A stretch of DNA of 64,000 nucleotides from Thermoleophilaceae bacterium (GTDB taxonomy: Bacteria > Actinomycetota > Thermoleophilia > Solirubrobacterales > Thermoleophilaceae): the NCBI GenBank assembly GCA_036406475.1, contig DASXBA010000006.1:1564-65563 (forward strand). Direction: 5' to 3'. Position 1 is the stretch's first letter. Each line of letters begins with the position of its first letter. Below the pieces are notes generated by a model. The model ran no database searches, was not told the origin of the DNA, and worked only from the letters and a program-made list of their open reading frames with translations. The translations under genes and the position numbers were made by a program. Positions 25,226 to 35,300 of the stretch are shown here, one piece after another.

Positions 25226-27505
25226 ATGGCCAAGACGCTCGTCATAGCCGAGAAGCCGTCGGTCGCCCGCGACCTCGCGGGCGCCCTTCCGGGTTCCTTC
25301 AAGCAGGCAAAGGACAAGACCAATCTGGTGGGCGACGACTACGTCGTCACCTGGGCGGTCGGCCATCTGGTCGGCCTCGCGGAGCCCGACGCCTACGACC
25401 CGAAGCTGAAGAAGTGGCGCTTCGCCGACCTGCCGATCATCCCGGACAAGTTCAAGCTCGTCCCCAACGACTCGAAGTCGGAGAAGCAGCTCAAGGCCAT
25501 CCACCGGCTGATCAAGGACGACGAGGTCGAGACGGTCATCAACGCCTGCGACGCCGGACGCGAGGGCGAGCTGATCTTCGACTACATCTACCAGACGTCC
25601 AAGTCCACGAAGCCGGTCCAGCGGCTCTGGCTCAGCTCGATGACGAAGAGCGCGATCGCCGAGGGTTTCCAGCACCTGCGCGACGGCTCGGAGATGGAGA
25701 CCCTCGAGGCCGCCGCGCGCTCGCGCTCGGAGGCCGACTGGGTGGTGGGCATGAACGCCACGCGCGCCGCGTCGATCCGCCTGCGCGCGGCCTTCGACGG
25801 CGCGGTCTCCCTCGGCCGCGTCCAGACGCCCACGCTGGCGCTGATCGCCCGCCGCGAGGAGGAGATCCGCAACTTCAAGCCGGAGCCCTACTGGCTCGTC
25901 GAGGCGCATTTCGCCGCTCCCGAGGAGCGCCTCTACTCCGGCCGCTACATGGGCGGCAAGCGGATCGCCGAGGACGAGGCCGCCAAGGTCGTCGAGGAGG
26001 CCACCGGCAAGCCCGGCGAGATCACCAAGCTCGAGAAGAAGGAGGAGCGCGAGCGCCCGCAGCTCCTCTACGACCTCACCTCGCTCCAACGCCACGCCAA
26101 CACGCGCTACGGCTTCTCCGCCCGGCGCACCCTTGCCGCCGCGCAGCGGCTCTACGAGGAGCACAAGGCGATCACCTATCCCCGCACCAACTCGCGCTAC
26201 CTGACCGGCGACCTGGTCGCGGAGATCAAGCCCACGGCGGAGCTGGTCGGGCACAACGCCCAGTACGCCAAGGCCGCCGAGTACGTCACCTCGCTCGACA
26301 AGCTGCCGCTCCAGCGGGTCGTCAACGACAAGAAGGTCGAGGACCACCATGCCCTCATCCCGACGCGCTCGGAGCACGACCTCTCGCGGATGGGCCAGGA
26401 CGAGCTGAAGGTCTACGACCTCGTCGCCAGGCGCTTCCTGGCGATCTTCCACCCCGACGCCGTCTTCGAGCGCACGCGCGTGGAGACCACGGTCGCGGAG
26501 CACGTCTTCCGCACCAGCGGCCGGCGGCTGATCGAGCCCGGCTGGAAGGCGGCCTACGGCGAGGAGGCACAGGGCGAACGGGCCGAGGAGGACTCCGGCG
26601 GCGACCAGCTGCTGCCCAAGCTGGAGAAGGGCGAGACGGTCGAGACGCGCTCGGTCGAGTCGCTGCGCAAGGAGACCCAGCCGCCGCGGCGCTTCTCGGA
26701 CGCCTCGCTGCTGGCCGCGATGGAGACAGCCGGCAAGGACATCGACGACGACGAGCTGCGCGAGGCCATGAAGGACTCCGGGATCGGCACGCCGGCCACC
26801 CGTGCCTCGATCATCGAGCGCCTGATCACGGTCGGCTACATCGAGCGCGAGGGGCGTGCCCTCCACGCCACCGAGAAGGGGGTGCAGGTGATCCGCCTGC
26901 TCGGTGAGCACGACCTCACCTCGCCCAAGCTCACCGGCGACTGGGAGCGGCGGCTCGGCCTGATCGAGCAGGGCGAGGACTCGCGGCCGGCGTTCATGCG
27001 CGACATCGCCAAGTTCACCGAGGAGACGGTGCAGGAGCTCGACAAGCTCAAGGGCGTCCGCATCGAGCGGGCCAAGCTCGGCCCCTGCCCGGTCTGCGGC
27101 CGCGAGATCGTCGAGAACCGCAAGGGCTACTCCTGCTGGTCGCGCGACGATCCGGGCTGCGGCTTCGTGATCTGGAAGCGCAAGGCCGGCAAGTCGCTGC
27201 CGGTGGCGGTCGCCAAGGAGCTGATCGAGTCGCTGCGCGCCTCGCGCGAGCGCGGAGAGGACCCGGGCGTCGGCCGAACCGAGAAGGCGGTCACCGGCTT
27301 CCGCAGCCGCAACGGCCGCAACTTCCGGGCCAAGCTCAAGCTCGAGCAGGACGACGAGGCCAAGTGGCGCGTGGACTTCGACGAGGAGTGGGCGCGCCAG
27401 CCGCGCCCGCAGCCGCCGGCCGAGGAGGACGGCGGCGACGGCGCCACGGCCTCTGACGATGAGGCCGCCGCCGAGCCTACGCGCGAGCGCGCACGCACGG
27501 GCTGA
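25226..27505 (+). CDS. topB: DNA topoisomerase III (type IA)
   Basis: Toprim N-terminus LVIAEKPSVA, active-site segment ITYPRTNSRYL, and C-terminal Zn ribbon CPVCG...CGF. Confidence 0.9.
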   Translation: MAKTLVIAEKPSVARDLAGALPGSFKQAKDKTNLVGDDYVVTWAVGHLVGLAEPDAYDPKLKKWRFADLPIIPDKFKLVPNDSKSEKQLKAIHRLIKDDEVETVINACDAGREGELIFDYIYQTSKSTKPVQRLWLSSMTKSAIAEGFQHLRDGSEMETLEAAARSRSEADWVVGMNATRAASIRLRAAFDGAVSLGRVQTPTLALIARREEEIRNFKPEPYWLVEAHFAAPEERLYSGRYMGGKRIAEDEAAKVVEEATGKPGEITKLEKKEERERPQLLYDLTSLQRHANTRYGFSARRTLAAAQRLYEEHKAITYPRTNSRYLTGDLVAEIKPTAELVGHNAQYAKAAEYVTSLDKLPLQRVVNDKKVEDHHALIPTRSEHDLSRMGQDELKVYDLVARRFLAIFHPDAVFERTRVETTVAEHVFRTSGRRLIEPGWKAAYGEEAQGERAEEDSGGDQLLPKLEKGETVETRSVESLRKETQPPRRFSDASLLAAMETAGKDIDDDELREAMKDSGIGTPATRASIIERLITVGYIEREGRALHATEKGVQVIRLLGEHDLTSPKLTGDWERRLGLIEQGEDSRPAFMRDIAKFTEETVQELDKLKGVRIERAKLGPCPVCGREIVENRKGYSCWSRDDPGCGFVIWKRKAGKSLPVAVAKELIESLRASRERGEDPGVGRTEKAVTGFRSRNGRNFRAKLKLEQDDEAKWRVDFDEEWARQPRPQPPAEEDGGDGATASDDEAAAEPTRERARTG

Positions 27506-27763
27506 ATGGACGTCCCGGGTCCGGTTTCCCGCACTCGGCCCGACAGCATCACGCTGTGGCCGACGGAGGCCGGCAGCTACGGGATCCAGGTGCGCTGGGG
27601 AGGGCCCGAGGGGCTCGGCCAGGCGACCAGCGTGCGCGATGCCGTGCGCTCGAGCGGAATGCAGGCGAAGCTGATCCAGGAAGGTGACGCGGGCTGGGCG
27701 GTGAACGTGGGCCCCTTGGCCCGCGACCAGGCCAAGCGGGTCGTCGACACGTTCCTCGTCTAG
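27506..27763 (+). CDS. hypothetical 85-aa protein translationally coupled to topB
   Basis: The ATG immediately follows the topB TGA. High GC3 throughout, with no recognisable motif. Confidence 0.5.
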   Translation: MDVPGPVSRTRPDSITLWPTEAGSYGIQVRWGGPEGLGQATSVRDAVRSSGMQAKLIQEGDAGWAVNVGPLARDQAKRVVDTFLV

Positions 27764-28851
27764 CGCGCCGGCTGCAGCTCGATGTCCGGCAGCAGGTTCT
27801 CGAGCTCGGGCGGGCCCTCGTCGCCGATCCAGGCGCAGGTGCCGGGCCAGTAGGGGCTCTCGTGGGCGCGGGCGCCCAGGAAGACGGTCTCGTGGTACCA
27901 GGTGCCGGTGTTCCAGAGCTGTCCGCCGCCGGGCAGCTTCCACTCCGACAGGTCGTCGCCGGGCAGCGGGCCGGCACGGTGCGTGTGGCCGAACAGCACG
28001 TGCTCGGCGTCCACGCCGAGGCCGCGGACCACGTCGGCCATCGCGCGCAGCCCCGAGCGGCGGAGCTCCTCGCCGCTCAGGGTGGGGCTGAAGGGGCCCA
28101 GGCCGAGCCCGTTGAGCGCGGCCACCGCGCCCGGGATGGTCAGCCGGCCGATCAGGAAGCGGGCCAGGGCCGGGCCGTCGGGGTCGGTGGCGCGCTTCCA
28201 GACGGCGCGCGACATCGAGCCGGTCTGGGCCTTGGCCGTGGCGCTCTGAGCCAGACCGTGGTGGAAGGCGTAGAGCGGCGAGAGCACGGCCTCGTAGTCG
28301 GCCACCGAGCGGCAGTCGCGGCTGCGCCCGGTTACGCGCGCGAGGCCCACGGCCGCCAGCGTCTCGAGCCGGGGGACCGTGAGGTGCAGGTCGAGGTAGT
28401 GCCCGTGGGTCAGGTAGACGCCGGGGCGCAGCTCGAGGCCCGGGTAGGCCACCGTCAGCTCGCTCTCCGAGAGCCACTCGGCCAGTCGACCGGCGATCCC
28501 GTCGCCCGGCTGCACCGGCCATTCGCGGTCCCTCGCCTGGGCGTCCCCGTTGAGCTGCGAGCGCAGCAGGTAGGGCTCGGCGAGCACGTGGTCGTGGTTG
28601 CCCGGCACCAGCGTGACCCGCTTGCCGGCCAGCGGCTCGGCGGCCTCGCGGAAGAAGGGCTCGAATCGGCGCACGACATCCGGGACCGGCAGCTCGCGCA
28701 GCTCGACCAGATCACCCAGGAAGACCACGCGGTCGGCCGCGGCCAGCGCCTCGAAGAGGCGGTCGCGGGCCGCAGGCAGCCGGGCCACGTCGGCGCGGGC
28801 CTCCACCCCCAGGTGGAGATCGGAGACGACAATCGTCCGCACCGCGCGCAT
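27760..28851 (-). CDS. metallophosphoesterase
   Basis: Motifs VVSDLHLG, FLGDLVE, PGNHDH, THGHYLD and FGHTHR. Trimmed to ATG 28851. Confidence 0.8.
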   Translation of the reverse strand: MRAVRTIVVSDLHLGVEARADVARLPAARDRLFEALAAADRVVFLGDLVELRELPVPDVVRRFEPFFREAAEPLAGKRVTLVPGNHDHVLAEPYLLRSQLNGDAQARDREWPVQPGDGIAGRLAEWLSESELTVAYPGLELRPGVYLTHGHYLDLHLTVPRLETLAAVGLARVTGRSRDCRSVADYEAVLSPLYAFHHGLAQSATAKAQTGSMSRAVWKRATDPDGPALARFLIGRLTIPGAVAALNGLGLGPFSPTLSGEELRRSGLRAMADVVRGLGVDAEHVLFGHTHRAGPLPGDDLSEWKLPGGGQLWNTGTWYHETVFLGARAHESPYWPGTCAWIGDEGPPELENLLPDIELQPAR

Positions 28852-29455
28852 GTTGGCATGCGAGGAGCGGAGCCCGGCGAGCGATACGCTCAGGGTCCTG
28901 TCCGTCTTCTGCCGCCACAACCGCTTCGAGGCCGACTGCCCGATCTGCTCGAAGGGCACTGTGCTGGACAGCTCCCGTCCCGCCCCGCGCCGGCCGGCGT
29001 CGCGGGCACGGGGGGCGAGGAAGCAGCCCGGGGCGACTCCCGCGTACAAGGGCCCGCACGCGAGCGCGGGGCCGTACACGGATGACGAGGGCAGCTACGA
29101 GGTGCGAATCGAGAAGGTGCCGGGCGGCCTGCGGATGGCCTCCTGGATGGCGGGCGCGATCAGGCGCACGGCACCGGTTCTCCGGGCGGAGGACCTGCCC
29201 GGGCTGTTCGAGCGGGCGGCGGAGGCCGGCGTGGTCGAAGCTGCCCTGGTCGGGGCGGTGCCGACCGGGGAGGGCACCAGTCCCGGCCGCGCAGGCGATC
29301 TGCGGGAGGAGCTGCGGGTCGAGGCGCTCGGCGACGGCCGCGTCCGCGTGGCGCGCTGGATCCTCCGGCCCAATCGCGGCTGGGAGCTCCAGGAGGCGCC
29401 TGTGATGCTGCCGGCCTCCCGCTACGCCGAGGCATTCCAGCGCGCGTCAGGTTGA
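28850..29455 (+). CDS. hypothetical protein with an N-terminal C-x-H...CxxC motif
   Basis: FCRHNRFEADCPICSKG near the N-terminus and high GC3. The start is uncertain because ATG 28850 overlaps the divergent ATG. Confidence 0.45.
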   Translation: MLACEERSPASDTLRVLSVFCRHNRFEADCPICSKGTVLDSSRPAPRRPASRARGARKQPGATPAYKGPHASAGPYTDDEGSYEVRIEKVPGGLRMASWMAGAIRRTAPVLRAEDLPGLFERAAEAGVVEAALVGAVPTGEGTSPGRAGDLREELRVEALGDGRVRVARWILRPNRGWELQEAPVMLPASRYAEAFQRASG

Positions 29456-29480
29456 CCGACCGCGTCACGACAATCGACGG

Positions 29481-32393
29481 GTGCCTCTAACACTCGTCAC
29501 GGGCCCCGCCAACGCCGCCAAGGCGGGCGAGGTGCTGGGCGGGCTCAGGGACCGGCTGGCCGAGGAGCCGATCCTGGTGGTGCCGGCATTCTGGGATGTC
29601 GAGCACAACCAGCGCGAGCTGGCCGAGCGAGGAGCCGTGTTCGGCGCGCGGGTGCTGCGCTTCGAGTGGCTCTTCCGGCTGATGGCCGAGCGCGGGGGTT
29701 ATGCCGAGCCGGTGGCCTCGGAGGTGCAGCGCGAGCTGATCCTCGAGGAGGCGGTGCGCTCTGCCGGGCTGCGCGAGCTGGAGAGGTCGGCCGGCCGGGC
29801 CGGCTTCGTCAAGGCCGCGCTCCGCTTCGTCACCGAGCTCGAGCGCTCGATGGTCGAGCCCGCGCGGTTCACGAGCGCCATGCAGGCGTGGGCCGGCGAC
29901 GGGCCGCGCGCGGCCTATGCCCGCGAGGTCGCGGCTGTGTATTCCCGCTACCGCGACGGCCTCGAGCGCGCCGGGCTGGTCGACCGTCCCCTGTTCGAGT
30001 GGCGGACTCTCAACGCGCTGCGGCGGGAACCGGCCGGCTGGAGACGGACCCCGGTCTACGTCTACGGCTTCGACGACTTCACCCCGCTCGAGGTCGACGC
30101 TCTCGACACGCTGGCCGGGCGCTGCGAGGCGGACGTGATGGTCTCGCTCCCGTTCGAGACGGGGCGCGCCGCCTTCCGCGGGGTGGCGGAGATCCGCTCG
30201 CGGCTGCTGGAGCTGGGTGCCGCCGAGCACGAGCTCGGGGCGCAGGACCGCTGGTACGACGACGACTCGCGAGCCGCCCTCAACCACCTCGAGCGCAAGC
30301 TGTTCGAGCTCGAGCCGGGTCCGTCCATGGACCCCGGTCCGGCCGTGCGGCTCCACCAGGCCGGCGGCGAGCGCGCCGAGGTCGAGCTGGTGGCTGCCGA
30401 GGTCCTCGACCTGCTTCGGGACGACCACGTCGCGCCCGGGGACGTCGCCGTCGTCTTCCGCGACCCGGGCGGGTACGCGACGCTCGTCGAGCAGGTCTTC
30501 GACGCCTACGGCCTCCCGTTCTCGATCGACAGGTCGGTGAAGCTGCGCCAGACGGCGCTCGGCCGCGGTCTCCTGGCACTGCTCCGCTGCGCGCGTCTGA
30601 ACGGCACCGCGGAGGACCTCCTGGCCTGGCTCAGGACGCCCGGCAAGCTCGAGCAGCCCGCCCTTGCCGACCGTCTCGAAGCGAGGGTCAGGCAGGCGGG
30701 CGCGAGGACCGCGCCGGCCGCCCGCGAGATCTTCGAGGACCGGGGCGAGTGGAAGCTCGAGGAGCTCGACCGGCTCGCGGAGGCCAGGGACCTCCTGGGT
30801 CTCCTGCGTGAGCTGGACTTCCAGCTGCGGCGGCTCTTCGCCGGGCCCTACCGCCGGAAGGCGCCGGTCCTGGCCGGTGCAGAGCTGGAGGACGCCCGCG
30901 CCTTCGACGCGGCGCAGAAAGCCCTCGCCGAGCTCTACGCCGTCGTCCGCGCGGATCCGCGGGTGGCACTCGACCCGCAGCGCGTGCACGACACCCTCGC
31001 CGAGCTGGACGTGCACGTGGGGGAGAACCCGCAGCCCGACCGGGTCCAGGTGGCGAGCCCGCTCGAGGTCCGGGCCCGGCGCTTCAAGGCGGTGTTCATC
31101 TGCGGCCTCCAGGAGGGCGAGTTCCCGCGCGGCTCACGGCCCGACCCGTTCCTCCCCGACGCGGACCGGCGCGAGCTCGCCATGGCGAGCGGGCTGCTGC
31201 TGCCGCTCAGGGAGGACGTCCTCGAGCGCGAGCGCTACCTGTTCTACGTCTGCGCCTCCCGTGCCGAGCGCCTGCTCGTCCTCAGCTCGCGCTACTCGGG
31301 CGAGGAGGGCGAGCCGCAGGCCGTCTCGTTCTTCGTGGAGGACGTGAGCGACCTGTTCGAGGACCTGCCCCTGCGAAGGCGGTCGCTCTCCGACGTGACC
31401 TGGCCGGCGGAGCGGGCGCCCACCTACGCGGAGTACGAACGCTCGGTCGCCCTGGCGGGCCCGCGGGAGGAGCCGCCGGAGCCGAGCTCCCTCACGGCGG
31501 AACCGGTGCTGCGCTGGCTCGGCGAGCGCCCGGCCGTTGCGGCGCGAGCGCTCGAGGACTACGCGGACTGCCCGGTCAAGTGGCTGGTCGACGACGTCCT
31601 CAAGCCGCAGAAGCTGGAGCCGGACCCGGAGGCTCTCGTCCGGGGGCTCTACGCCCACGAGGTGCTGCGGGGCACGTTCGAGGCGCTGCGCGAGGCCACC
31701 GGGAGCGCGCGGATCACCGACGCGACGCTTCCCACCGCTGAGCGCCTGCTCCTGGAGGAGCTGAGGACGCGCCGGTCCGAGTTCCAGATCTCGCCCGAGC
31801 GGACGCGCGTCAAGGCCGCGATGCGCCGTCTCGAGTTCGATCTCCTGCGCTTCATCCGCTTCGAGGCCCAGGCCGACGGCGCCTTCGAGCCGTGCGAGTT
31901 CGAGCTCGACTTCGGCATGAACGGAGAGGAGCCCGTGGAGATCGCCCGGGGCGTCCGGGTGCGCGGCAAGATCGACCGCGTCGACCGCTGCGGCGAGATG
32001 GCGGTCGTGCGCGACTACAAGAGCAGCAAGTCCGCGGGCGCCTACAAGGTTGCGAGCTGGGAGTCGGAGAACCGCTTCCAGGCGGGGCTGTACATGCTCG
32101 TCGCGCGCGAGCGACTCGGGCTGGAGCCGGTCGCCGGGGTCTACGTGGCCCTGGGCAGCGACGACCGGCGCCCGCGCGGCGTCGTCCTCGCGGGAGTCGA
32201 GGAGCTCGGCGCCGGCTTCCACAAGAACGACACGCTCGACCCGGACGAGTTCGAGCGGCAACTCGACTGGGCGCGCGAGCAGATCTGCAGGACGGCCGCC
32301 CGGATGCGCGGCGGCGAGCTCGGCCGGAGCCCGGAGACGTGCCGCTTCGACCACGTCTGCGCCTATCCCTCGATCTGCCGGAGCGAGACATGA
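29481..32393 (+). CDS. addB: AddB-type helicase-nuclease subunit (PD-(D/E)XK nuclease, degenerate ATPase)
   Basis: N-terminal GPANAAKAG in place of a Walker A. C-terminal nuclease motif VRDYKSSK. Cys residues at DCPVKW and CRFDHVCAYPSIC. ATGA overlap with addA. Confidence 0.8.
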   Translation: MPLTLVTGPANAAKAGEVLGGLRDRLAEEPILVVPAFWDVEHNQRELAERGAVFGARVLRFEWLFRLMAERGGYAEPVASEVQRELILEEAVRSAGLRELERSAGRAGFVKAALRFVTELERSMVEPARFTSAMQAWAGDGPRAAYAREVAAVYSRYRDGLERAGLVDRPLFEWRTLNALRREPAGWRRTPVYVYGFDDFTPLEVDALDTLAGRCEADVMVSLPFETGRAAFRGVAEIRSRLLELGAAEHELGAQDRWYDDDSRAALNHLERKLFELEPGPSMDPGPAVRLHQAGGERAEVELVAAEVLDLLRDDHVAPGDVAVVFRDPGGYATLVEQVFDAYGLPFSIDRSVKLRQTALGRGLLALLRCARLNGTAEDLLAWLRTPGKLEQPALADRLEARVRQAGARTAPAAREIFEDRGEWKLEELDRLAEARDLLGLLRELDFQLRRLFAGPYRRKAPVLAGAELEDARAFDAAQKALAELYAVVRADPRVALDPQRVHDTLAELDVHVGENPQPDRVQVASPLEVRARRFKAVFICGLQEGEFPRGSRPDPFLPDADRRELAMASGLLLPLREDVLERERYLFYVCASRAERLLVLSSRYSGEEGEPQAVSFFVEDVSDLFEDLPLRRRSLSDVTWPAERAPTYAEYERSVALAGPREEPPEPSSLTAEPVLRWLGERPAVAARALEDYADCPVKWLVDDVLKPQKLEPDPEALVRGLYAHEVLRGTFEALREATGSARITDATLPTAERLLLEELRTRRSEFQISPERTRVKAAMRRLEFDLLRFIRFEAQADGAFEPCEFELDFGMNGEEPVEIARGVRVRGKIDRVDRCGEMAVVRDYKSSKSAGAYKVASWESENRFQAGLYMLVARERLGLEPVAGVYVALGSDDRRPRGVVLAGVEELGAGFHKNDTLDPDEFERQLDWAREQICRTAARMRGGELGRSPETCRFDHVCAYPSICRSET

Positions 32394-35300
32394 AGTTGAC
32401 CGCCGAGCAGCAGCGCGCGATCGACCGGCGCGACGGGGGCCTCCTCGTCCGCGCCGGCGCGGGCACCGGCAAGACCACCGTGCTCGTGGAGCGCTTCGTC
32501 CGCGCGGTGGTCGACGACGGGGTCGCGGTCGACTCGATCCTGGCCATCACCTTCACCGAGAAGGCGGCGGCGGAGATGAAGGGACGGGTGCGCAGGCGCT
32601 TCGTCGACCTCGACCGCCGCGAGGAGGCCCGCCAGGCGGAGGCAGCGTGGATCTCGACGATCCACGGGTTCTGCTCGCGGGTCCTGCGCACGCATGCGCT
32701 CGCGGCGGGAATCGATCCCGAGTACCACGTGCTGGACGAGCTGGAGGCCGAGCGCCTCGGCCTGGAGGCGTTCGACGCCGCCCTCGAGGCTTTCCTCCCG
32801 GAGGACGCCCCGAGCGAGCGCGTCGAGCTGGTCGCCGCCTACACGCCGGACAAGCTGCGCGACATGACGCGGACCACCTACTCCCGTCTGCGCAGCCGCG
32901 GCGAGTCGCGCCCCGAGCTGCCGGTGGCCGATCCGCCGGCCCCGCGCGACGAGCGCGAGCGCCTGGACGCAGCCGCCGCGGCGGGGCTGCGCGTGCTGGC
33001 GGGCGTCGAGGGGGTCACCGTGGCCAAGGCCGTCGCGGCCCTCGAGGCCTGCCAGGGACTGGCCCCGGGCGCCGTCGTCGAGCCGGGCGGGCTGGAGGCC
33101 CTCGAGCTCAAGCGGGGGCGGGTCAAGGCGCTCGCCATCCCCGAGTGCGACGACTACGAGGAGGCGCTCGCCGCCTACGCCGCGCTCTGCAAGGCGCACG
33201 GAGCCTGGCGCGACCAGGCGATGCTGCGCGAGCTCCTCTCGCTCTACGGCGACCGCTACGCCGAGCGCAAGCTCGCCCGCTCCGCTCTCGACTTCGAGGA
33301 CCTTGAGCTGTTGACGCGCGATCTGCTCGCTTCGCAGCCGGGTCTGCGCGCCCAGTACCGCGAGCGCTTCAGCCACGTGCTGGTCGACGAGTTCCAGGAC
33401 ACCAACCGGCTCCAGAACCAGCTGCTGGAGCTGCTTGACGACGACACTCTGTTCCGGGTCGGCGACGAGAACCAGTCGATCTACGGCTTCCGCCATGCGG
33501 ACGTGGAGGTCTTCCGCGAGCACTGGAGGCAGGCGGAGGAGGCCGGCCGGACCGAGTCGCTCACCACCAACTTCCGCAGCCGCGGCGAGGTCTTGGACGC
33601 GATCGACATGGCCTTCGGTCGACTGTGGGAGGGGGACTTCGACCCACTGAAGGAGGCCGAGGGCTCGCGCGGGCGCGCGCCCGCGGTCGAGCTGTTCGTC
33701 ACGGACAAGTCCAAGCAGCGCTGGGAGCAGGCGCTCGGCGACGAGCCGTTCGGCGACGCCATGCGGCCCGCTGCCCTCTGGCGGGCGGCCGAGGCGCGGC
33801 TGCTGGCCAAGCGCGTGAGGGAGCTGCTCGAGGTGGGCCGCTGGGAGCGGCGGGACGTGGTGCTGCTGTTCCGGGCGACCACCCACATGGTCGTGTACGA
33901 GCGCGCCCTCGAGGAGCGCGGCGTCTCCACGTACGTGGTCGGCGGTCGCGGCTACTGGAGCCAGCAGCAGGTGGGCGACCTGCGCCACTGGCTATCGGCG
34001 CTTGCCAACCCTCTCGACGAGTTGGCCGTGTACTCGATCCTGGCGTCGCCCCTCGTGGGGTTGTCGCTCGACGCCGTCGCCTTGCTGGGCGTCGCCGCGC
34101 GCCGGACGGGCCGCGACCCCTGGTGGCTCGCGACCGAGCCCGACGAGGAGCTGGCGGGAGCGCTGCCCGACGAGGACCGGCGGCGACTCGACCGGTTCGT
34201 CGCGATCTTTGCGGACGAGCGCCGAGCCGCGCCGCGGCTGTCGCTGGAGACGCTGATCGACCGCGCAGTCACCGTCACCGGCTACGACCGGCGCGTGCTG
34301 GCTCTGCCGGCGGGCGACCGGCGCATGGCCAACGTGCGCAAGCTGATGCGGATGGCGCGCGAGTACGAGGCGGACGAGGGCCGCGACCTGCGCGGCTTCA
34401 TCGACTTCGTGGCCGAGCGCGACCTGATCCAGGAGCGCGAGGGGGAGGCCCCGCTCGAGGCCGAGCAGCTCGACGCGGTGCGGCTCATGACCGTGCACAG
34501 GGCCAAGGGGCTCGAGTTCCCGGTGGTCTGCGTTGCCGACCTGGGCAAGGACGGCAAGGAGGACTACGGCTCGCTGCGGGTGTCGGACGACGGCCGCACC
34601 GGCATTCGCCTCGCCCAGATCGGCGGTGGCTCGGTGAAGAGCGACGAGCTCGAGCGGATCGAGGAGGAGGATCGCCTCGCCGCGGAGGCCGAGGAGCGGC
34701 GGATCTTCTACGTGGCGGTCACCCGCGCTGAAGACCACCTCGTCCTGAGCGGCGCCACCGACCTCGACAAGCGGCCCGAGCCCAAGCCCCTGTCCGAGCC
34801 GATGCGCTGGGTGTGGCGCTCGTTCTGCCGCGAGCTCCCCGACGAGGGCGCGAGCGGTGTGGCGACGGACGAGTACGAGGGCCGTGAGGTTCAGGTGCGC
34901 TGGACGAGGCTCGTCCCGGACACGGCCGACGAGCTGCTCGGCGAGGCGGATCGCGCGCCCGTCCGCGCGCCCAGCGAGGTGTCCGCGAACGGCTCCGCCC
35001 AACCCGAGCTCATGGAGCTCCCTCCGCCGCGCGCCCTGCCCGTCAGCCGGCTCAGCTACTCGGGCCTCGAGGCGTACAAGCGCTGCTCCTACCGCTTCTA
35101 CCTGGAGAAGGGGCTCAAGCTCTCCGCGCGCGAGCTCGAGCCGGACGCGCGGGACCTGGCGGGCCCGCCGGAGGCCGTGATCGAGGGCGAGGAGCCTCGT
35201 GCCGGCGACGAGCTGCCGGCCCTGCTGCGCGGGACGATCGTGCACGAGCTGCTCGAGGGGCTCGACTTCTCGCGCCCGCGGCCACCCGGCGCCGCGGAGG

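Noticed and set aside
25205-28522. 1105-aa ORF on the minus strand.
   Set aside because: It is antisense to topB, which has unmistakable Toprim and active-site motifs. It also fuses in frame into the real metallophosphoesterase region only by chance. No motifs were found.
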